Position numbers and translations under genes: made by a program. The notes under the pieces are model-generated. The model was not told the origin of the DNA, searched no databases, and saw only the letters and a program-made list of their open reading frames with translations. Source: Klebsiella pneumoniae (GTDB lineage: Bacteria; Pseudomonadota; Gammaproteobacteria; Burkholderiales; SG8-39). From it: DNA of 51,054 bases. Position 1 is the stretch's first letter. Every line of letters starts with the position of its first letter. The stretch covers positions 1 through 51,054 of the forward strand of contig CAMDRJ010000003.1 of the NCBI GenBank assembly GCA_945906755.1, written 5' to 3'. Of the stretch, positions 46,647 through 51,054 are shown in pieces.

Positions 46647-48976
46647 GTAGCGCGCTCCCTGCTCCGGGCCTTCGCCAGCACCGCGAATAAATCGCTTTCG
46701 CTGAACGGCACAAAGTCGAGCTGCACACCGAAGGGTCGCAAAGCATCTTCGATGGCACCGGAGAGCACTGCCGGCACCGGAATCGTGCCGCCTTGTCCCG
46801 CGCCCTTCATGCCAAGCGGGTTCAGCGGACTCGGCGTCGGTACATAGTCGATTTCCGCGCGCGGCATATCCAGCGTCGTGGCCATCAGATAGTCCATGAA
46901 GGTCCCGGTGAGAATCTGACCGTCGCCGTCATAGACCACTCGCTCGAAAAACGTATTGCCAATGCCAAGTGCAATGCCGCCGAGCACCTGGCCATCGCAG
47001 ATCAACGGATTAATCATCGTGCCGAAATCCTCGACGGCGATGTACTTTAGGATCTTGGTGGTGCAAAGCTTGAGGTCCACTTCAACGACTGCAACATGAC
47101 AACCGGTTGCAAAGGTATTGGTCGGCGGGCAAAAACTCGCCACGGTGCTCATCCCCGGCCCCAAATCACGATATGGCAGCGGAGCGCCCGATTTGCCAAG
47201 CGAGACTTCCACAATCTCTTTCAAGGTCACCGCGCGCGAAAGATTGGGTGCGACCTTGATGGTGCCGTCTTCCAGCGCGAGATCGGCCGGCGCGGCTTCC
47301 AGCAGATGACTGGCGATCAGCAGCGCGCGCTCCTTCAATTCTCGCGCTGCGAGCAGTACCGCCGATCCGGTGACGATGCCCGCGCGACTCGCGAACGTGC
47401 CGATGCTGTAGCGCACGCTGTCGGTATTGCCAGCCAGCACGCGCACTTTCTCGAACGGAATCGTGAATACATCGGCGACGATCTGCGCGAATGCGGTGCG
47501 CTGCCCCTGCCCTTGCGATGGCGTGCCCATGCGCACGGTAATCGATCCATCCAGTTCGACCGACATCGCCACTTCTTCGAACGGCCCAAGCCCGGTGTCC
47601 TCGACGCAGCAGGCCATGCCGATACCGATGTAGCGGCCTTGGGTGCGGGCTTGATCGCGCTCAGCCTTGAAGGCGTCGTAGCCGACCCCTTGCAGCGCGC
47701 GTTGCATTAGCGCGGGCACATCGCCGCTATCGTATTTGCGCTTGGTACCGTCACGGGACACGAATCCCAATTCGTACGGATACTCCTCGGCGCGGATGAG
47801 ATTGCGCCGCCGTAAATCCGCTGGGTCTAATCCAAGCTTCTGCCCCACCGCATCCAATAGGCGTTCACAGACATAAGCTGCCTGCGGGCGACCCGCGCCA
47901 CGCACTGGAGCGGTTGGCACCGTATTGGTATAAACAACATTCGCGACGACATCAAAGTTCGGCACGCGATAGGGGCCGGGGATATTGACTACCGTGAGCA
48001 GTGGCACCACCGGCCCCCATGGCGTATAGGCGCCCGTATCGTTCAGAAAACTGCCACGAATGCCGAGAATCACGCCCTCGGCCGTGGTCGCCATCTCAAG
48101 GTCGTGAATCTGCAATCGCTCGTGATAGGAGGCGATCAGATGCTCGCGTCGATCCTCGATCCATTTGATCGGGCAGCCGAGCTTCTGTGCGATCACCGGA
48201 ATCAGCAAGTCCTCGGTGTAGGTAAGGCCCTTGTAGCCAAAGCCGCCGCCAACATCCGGAGAAAGCACTTGCACGCTTCGCTCGCGTAGCCCCAGCGCCT
48301 CGGCAATGGCGGCGCGATGCACGTACGGCACTTGCGAGACATTCCACACTTGCATGCGTTCTTCGTGTGGATCCCAATTGGCGATGATCCCGCGGGTTTC
48401 CATCGCCTGTCCCGCACCCCGTTGTATTTGCAGACGGCGGCGCACGATGCATGCCGCCTCCGCAAATGCTTTGTCCGCATTACCCGTGGTGATCGGAATC
48501 CTTGCCGCAACGTTTGAGGCGAGATGCTGATGTACTTTGTCAGACGCGCTCGCGAACGCGCGTTCGAGATCGATGATTGCAGGCTGCGTGTCGTACTCGA
48601 TCTCCACCAATTCGGCCGCGTCTTCGGCAATGTAACGACTCTCGGCTACGATCGCTACCACCGGCTCGCCCACATAGCGCACTTGCCCATCGGCAAGCAC
48701 CGGCGAGCTCGTCGGATATTGCAGGGTCGGGCTCGGATGGCAATCGGGCAGGAACCTCGCTGTAGCAGGCAGATCGGCCGCGGTGAACACCGCATGCACA
48801 CCCGGCGCCGTGGCAGCGGCCCGCACATCGACCTTGATTTTCGCGCGGGCCGCTGCGCTTCGCACGATCGCGACATGCAGCATGCCGGGCAAGCGAATAT
48901 CGTCGATGAACCGCCCGCGGCCGACGATCAGATTGTCGTCTTCCGATCGAACCTGCCGCGTCCCAAACAACCCCAT
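46643..48976 (-). CDS. Molybdopterin-binding subunit of a xanthine dehydrogenase-family enzyme (CoxL-like, not form I CODH)
   Basis: DVGGGFG, VRGAGRP, QGQG, ASR and GQVLGG motifs. Confidence 0.92.
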   Translation of the reverse strand: MGLFGTRQVRSEDDNLIVGRGRFIDDIRLPGMLHVAIVRSAAARAKIKVDVRAAATAPGVHAVFTAADLPATARFLPDCHPSPTLQYPTSSPVLADGQVRYVGEPVVAIVAESRYIAEDAAELVEIEYDTQPAIIDLERAFASASDKVHQHLASNVAARIPITTGNADKAFAEAACIVRRRLQIQRGAGQAMETRGIIANWDPHEERMQVWNVSQVPYVHRAAIAEALGLRERSVQVLSPDVGGGFGYKGLTYTEDLLIPVIAQKLGCPIKWIEDRREHLIASYHERLQIHDLEMATTAEGVILGIRGSFLNDTGAYTPWGPVVPLLTVVNIPGPYRVPNFDVVANVVYTNTVPTAPVRGAGRPQAAYVCERLLDAVGQKLGLDPADLRRRNLIRAEEYPYELGFVSRDGTKRKYDSGDVPALMQRALQGVGYDAFKAERDQARTQGRYIGIGMACCVEDTGLGPFEEVAMSVELDGSITVRMGTPSQGQGQRTAFAQIVADVFTIPFEKVRVLAGNTDSVRYSIGTFASRAGIVTGSAVLLAARELKERALLIASHLLEAAPADLALEDGTIKVAPNLSRAVTLKEIVEVSLGKSGAPLPYRDLGPGMSTVASFCPPTNTFATGCHVAVVEVDLKLCTTKILKYIAVEDFGTMINPLICDGQVLGGIALGIGNTFFERVVYDGDGQILTGTFMDYLMATTLDMPRAEIDYVPTPSPLNPLGMKGAGQGGTIPVPAVLSGAIEDALRPFGVQLDFVPFSESDLFAVLAKARSRERAT

Positions 48977-48984
48977 ATGGTTGC

Positions 48985-49818
48985 TCAGCGTCCGATCGTT
49001 CGAATGAAGTCGAGCACGATTTTCACCACTTCCTGCGGCTTCTCGATGAACGGGATGTGTCCGCCGTCTGGCATCACAGTGAGTTTGGCACCGGGTATGC
49101 CCTGGGCGATTTTTTGACTCAAAGCGAGCGGGATGAGCTGATCGTTGCCCGAGCCGATGACAAGGGTCGGCGCCTTGATGTTAGGCAGGCGCGCAGTGAA
49201 CTTGGCCTCGCCTTTCTGCTCGGGCAGGCTGCGACCCCATGCGAGCACTGATTTCACGAACGCAAGATAAAGCTCCGGCGAATTGCGTTTGATGATTTCC
49301 TGATTGGCACGCATCTGCGCAAAGCCCGCATCTGAATTGACGAACTCGCGCGTCATGGTCCAAAGGCCCATGTAGTCGGCGACATCCTGATTCATGCCCA
49401 TGCGTTCGATCAATCGCATGCGCAGGCCGAAATTCAATTCCGCGGCGCGATCGAGTTCACTGAAGCCGCCAACGATGATGAGGCTCTTCACCAGGGCCGG
49501 TGCGCGCTCGGCGAGCGCAAGCGCCATCGCACCGCCAAGCGACGACCCCAAGATATTCATCGGGCCGCAGCCAAGGGCCGGAATCACTTCAGCAAAATCC
49601 GCGGCCCATGCTTCCACCGTGTAGGGCGGCGGCGACTTGGTGGATTCCCCAATGCCGCGCGGATCGATCGCATAAACCTTCATGTGTTTCGACAGCTCGG
49701 GTATGCCAAGCCGATAGTAGTTGCGATCGAGCCCAAGCCCTGGGATCAAGAGCAGCGGCTCGCCCTGGCCGGACACGCCGTAGTGGATCTCGGCATTGCG
49801 CAGTGAAACGGATGGCAT
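48985..49818 (-). CDS. Alpha/beta hydrolase
   Basis: DPRGIGES, nucleophile elbow GSSLG, ND and GH; GAGGAGG RBS. Confidence 0.88.
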   Translation of the reverse strand: MPSVSLRNAEIHYGVSGQGEPLLLIPGLGLDRNYYRLGIPELSKHMKVYAIDPRGIGESTKSPPPYTVEAWAADFAEVIPALGCGPMNILGSSLGGAMALALAERAPALVKSLIIVGGFSELDRAAELNFGLRMRLIERMGMNQDVADYMGLWTMTREFVNSDAGFAQMRANQEIIKRNSPELYLAFVKSVLAWGRSLPEQKGEAKFTARLPNIKAPTLVIGSGNDQLIPLALSQKIAQGIPGAKLTVMPDGGHIPFIEKPQEVVKIVLDFIRTIGR

Positions 49819-49872
49819 TGCTTTCCTCCTCGTCAGTCAACTTTCGCGCCCTTCAACAAGCTAAGGGCAGAC

Positions 49873-50025
49873 TTAGACCCGGTTGGCCGGGCTAATGATA
49901 GGTACGAGATCTTTGACACCGAGGCCGCGTTGTTCCATCGGAAATTTGATTGCTTCCTTGGCGTCTGCCGCGGAAGGGTTGTGCGACCAATATGTCTTCA
50001 GGGTGGGAAGGGCAATCACGCGCAT
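49873..50025 (-). pseudogene. HigB/HigA deletion chimera
   Basis: MRVIALPTLKTYW (HigB-like N-terminus) joined in-frame to EAIKFPMEQRGL..KDL (HigA-like HTH start). Confidence 0.72.
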
Positions 50026-50064
50026 GGATGGACGATAGTCCCAATAAAGGGGATTCACGCAAGC

Positions 50065-50481
50065 TCACGGCACGACTTGTACGCGGCGGCGCCGGGCCGC
50101 CGCGCGCAATGGCCCATCCTTGCATGCGAGCGGCAGTTTCAATCGCAGGGCCAATTCGAGGTAGGCCGCGTCGTAGACGCTCAACGCCAGTTCGCTGCCC
50201 AGCTGCGATAATTTTGTGAATGCCAGCACCGACATTTCATGGTCTAAGGTAAAGGCGAGGGCGCGTAGCGCTATTAGCGCTGTTGTGCGCTCTTCGGCAG
50301 TCAGTTTCTTTCGGCGTTCGAGAACCAACAGCACATTGGCCATCTCGAGTGGCCACAATGCGGGCACGACTACCTTCGTGCCCTGACCGATCTGGATGAG
50401 CAGCGCATCGGTCTGCGTCGTGGCCTGAGCTGGATGTACCCACGCGGTCGCGACGGAGGCATCCACCACGAGTCGATCCAT
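50065..50481 (-). CDS. vapC: PIN-domain toxin (VapC)
   Basis: VVDASV, WPLEMAN, LSVYDAAYLELA and ACKD motifs. Confidence 0.9.
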   Translation of the reverse strand: MDRLVVDASVATAWVHPAQATTQTDALLIQIGQGTKVVVPALWPLEMANVLLVLERRKKLTAEERTTALIALRALAFTLDHEMSVLAFTKLSQLGSELALSVYDAAYLELALRLKLPLACKDGPLRAAARRRRVQVVP

Positions 50482-50744
50482 CAGGGACGCCCCTCCTCGA
50501 TTGCCGACCGGACCTCCGCATCGGAGAGCTTGGTACGCCCCTTTGACCGCGCGCGGATCTGTTGACGCAGCTGCTCGAGCGCCCGTACCGCCTGCTCGAC
50601 CTGCTCGCGGTTTCGCGGACCTTCTTGGACAATACGAGCAACCGGTTTGTCGTGACGGGTGATGACAATTTCCTCGCCGCGGCTGACGCGTTCGAGAAGC
50701 TCGCCGAACCGGGTCTTGGCTTCGAAGGCGGTGACGATGCCCAT
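50481..50744 (-). CDS. Phd/YefM-family antitoxin
   Basis: AFEAKTRFGELLERV..GEEIVITRHDKPVA motif. Confidence 0.92.
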   Translation of the reverse strand: MGIVTAFEAKTRFGELLERVSRGEEIVITRHDKPVARIVQEGPRNREQVEQAVRALEQLRQQIRARSKGRTKLSDAEVRSAIEEGRP

Positions 50745-50910
50745 ACTGCAATCCTCATGGATTAACCAGTCATTAGCTAGTTTATGTCGCCTACTCCATT
50801 ATTGCAATGAGATATCGGAGATCGTGTGCAACCCGCCTGCGGAATGGAAGCGGGTGAGGTACCAGGTTGACGTACGCGACGCAGCCCGCGGGTTCAAGAC
50901 GTCGACGGTC

Positions 50911-51054
50911 TAATAAGTAGGGAGTTCCCCCGGCTCTGCCGGGGAGGCAGCAGAAGTTTGACGAATCCGGGAGTCCACCCGGCGAAACTATCGATCGTGA
51001 GCCGCCAAGCACACGAAAGGAGAATCGCGGATGGACGAGTACGAGAGCCTAAAT
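50911..51054 (+). mobile_element. tnpA: IS200/IS605-family element, left end and start of tnpA (partial)
   Basis: Hairpin CCCCGGC-TCT-GCCGGGG at 50927-50944; AGGAG RBS; ATG 51031 gives MDEYESLN, typical of an IS200 TnpA start. Left boundary is approximate. Confidence 0.8.

Noticed and set aside
45295-48976. Aerobic CO dehydrogenase (form I)
   Set aside because: Lacks the AYxCSFR copper-binding loop, gene order is L-M-S, and no cox accessory genes are present.
1-51054. CRISPR arrays, tRNA or rRNA genes, plasmid or phage replication genes
   Set aside because: None recognisable by eye; the intergenic gaps show no regularly spaced repeats or cloverleaf motifs.

Overview
GC-rich, gene-dense window that looks like an accessory or catabolic region of a Betaproteobacterium. 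That assignment is inferred from several Bug/TctC binding proteins, Liv-type ABC transporters and aromatic/N-heterocycle enzymes. The window starts in the last 12 codons and right end of an IS200-family element and stops in the left end and first 8 codons of a same-orientation IS200 tnpA. Between them lie: a livKHMGF-type ABC operon with a PuuE-like deacetylase, a SLAC1/TehA channel and a CoA-transferase-like pair; a truncated acetoacetate-CoA ligase next to a 121-bp MITE with a 10-bp target duplication; an enolase-superfamily gene; an M24 / opine dehydrogenase / LLM / TctCBA / cupin cluster; a cupin dioxygenase, isochorismatase and PhzF cluster; a TPP enzyme broken by a TGG>TAG change; DadA-like, VOC dioxygenase, arylsulfatase and HflX genes; a NicC-like monooxygenase; and a three-subunit molybdenum hydroxylase. 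About ten toxin-antitoxin loci or remnants sit between these blocks, several of them broken by short deletions. Most notable are enzymes lacking canonical catalytic residues (Mo-hydroxylase Glu>Gln, M24 metal ligands, CoA-transferase beta Glu, enolase Lys>Tyr), an in-frame LLM/outer-membrane beta-barrel chimera, a MenT1-like nucleotidyltransferase with a small downstream partner, and the stacked, decaying TA loci. All protein calls come from motifs read by eye; no database search was run.
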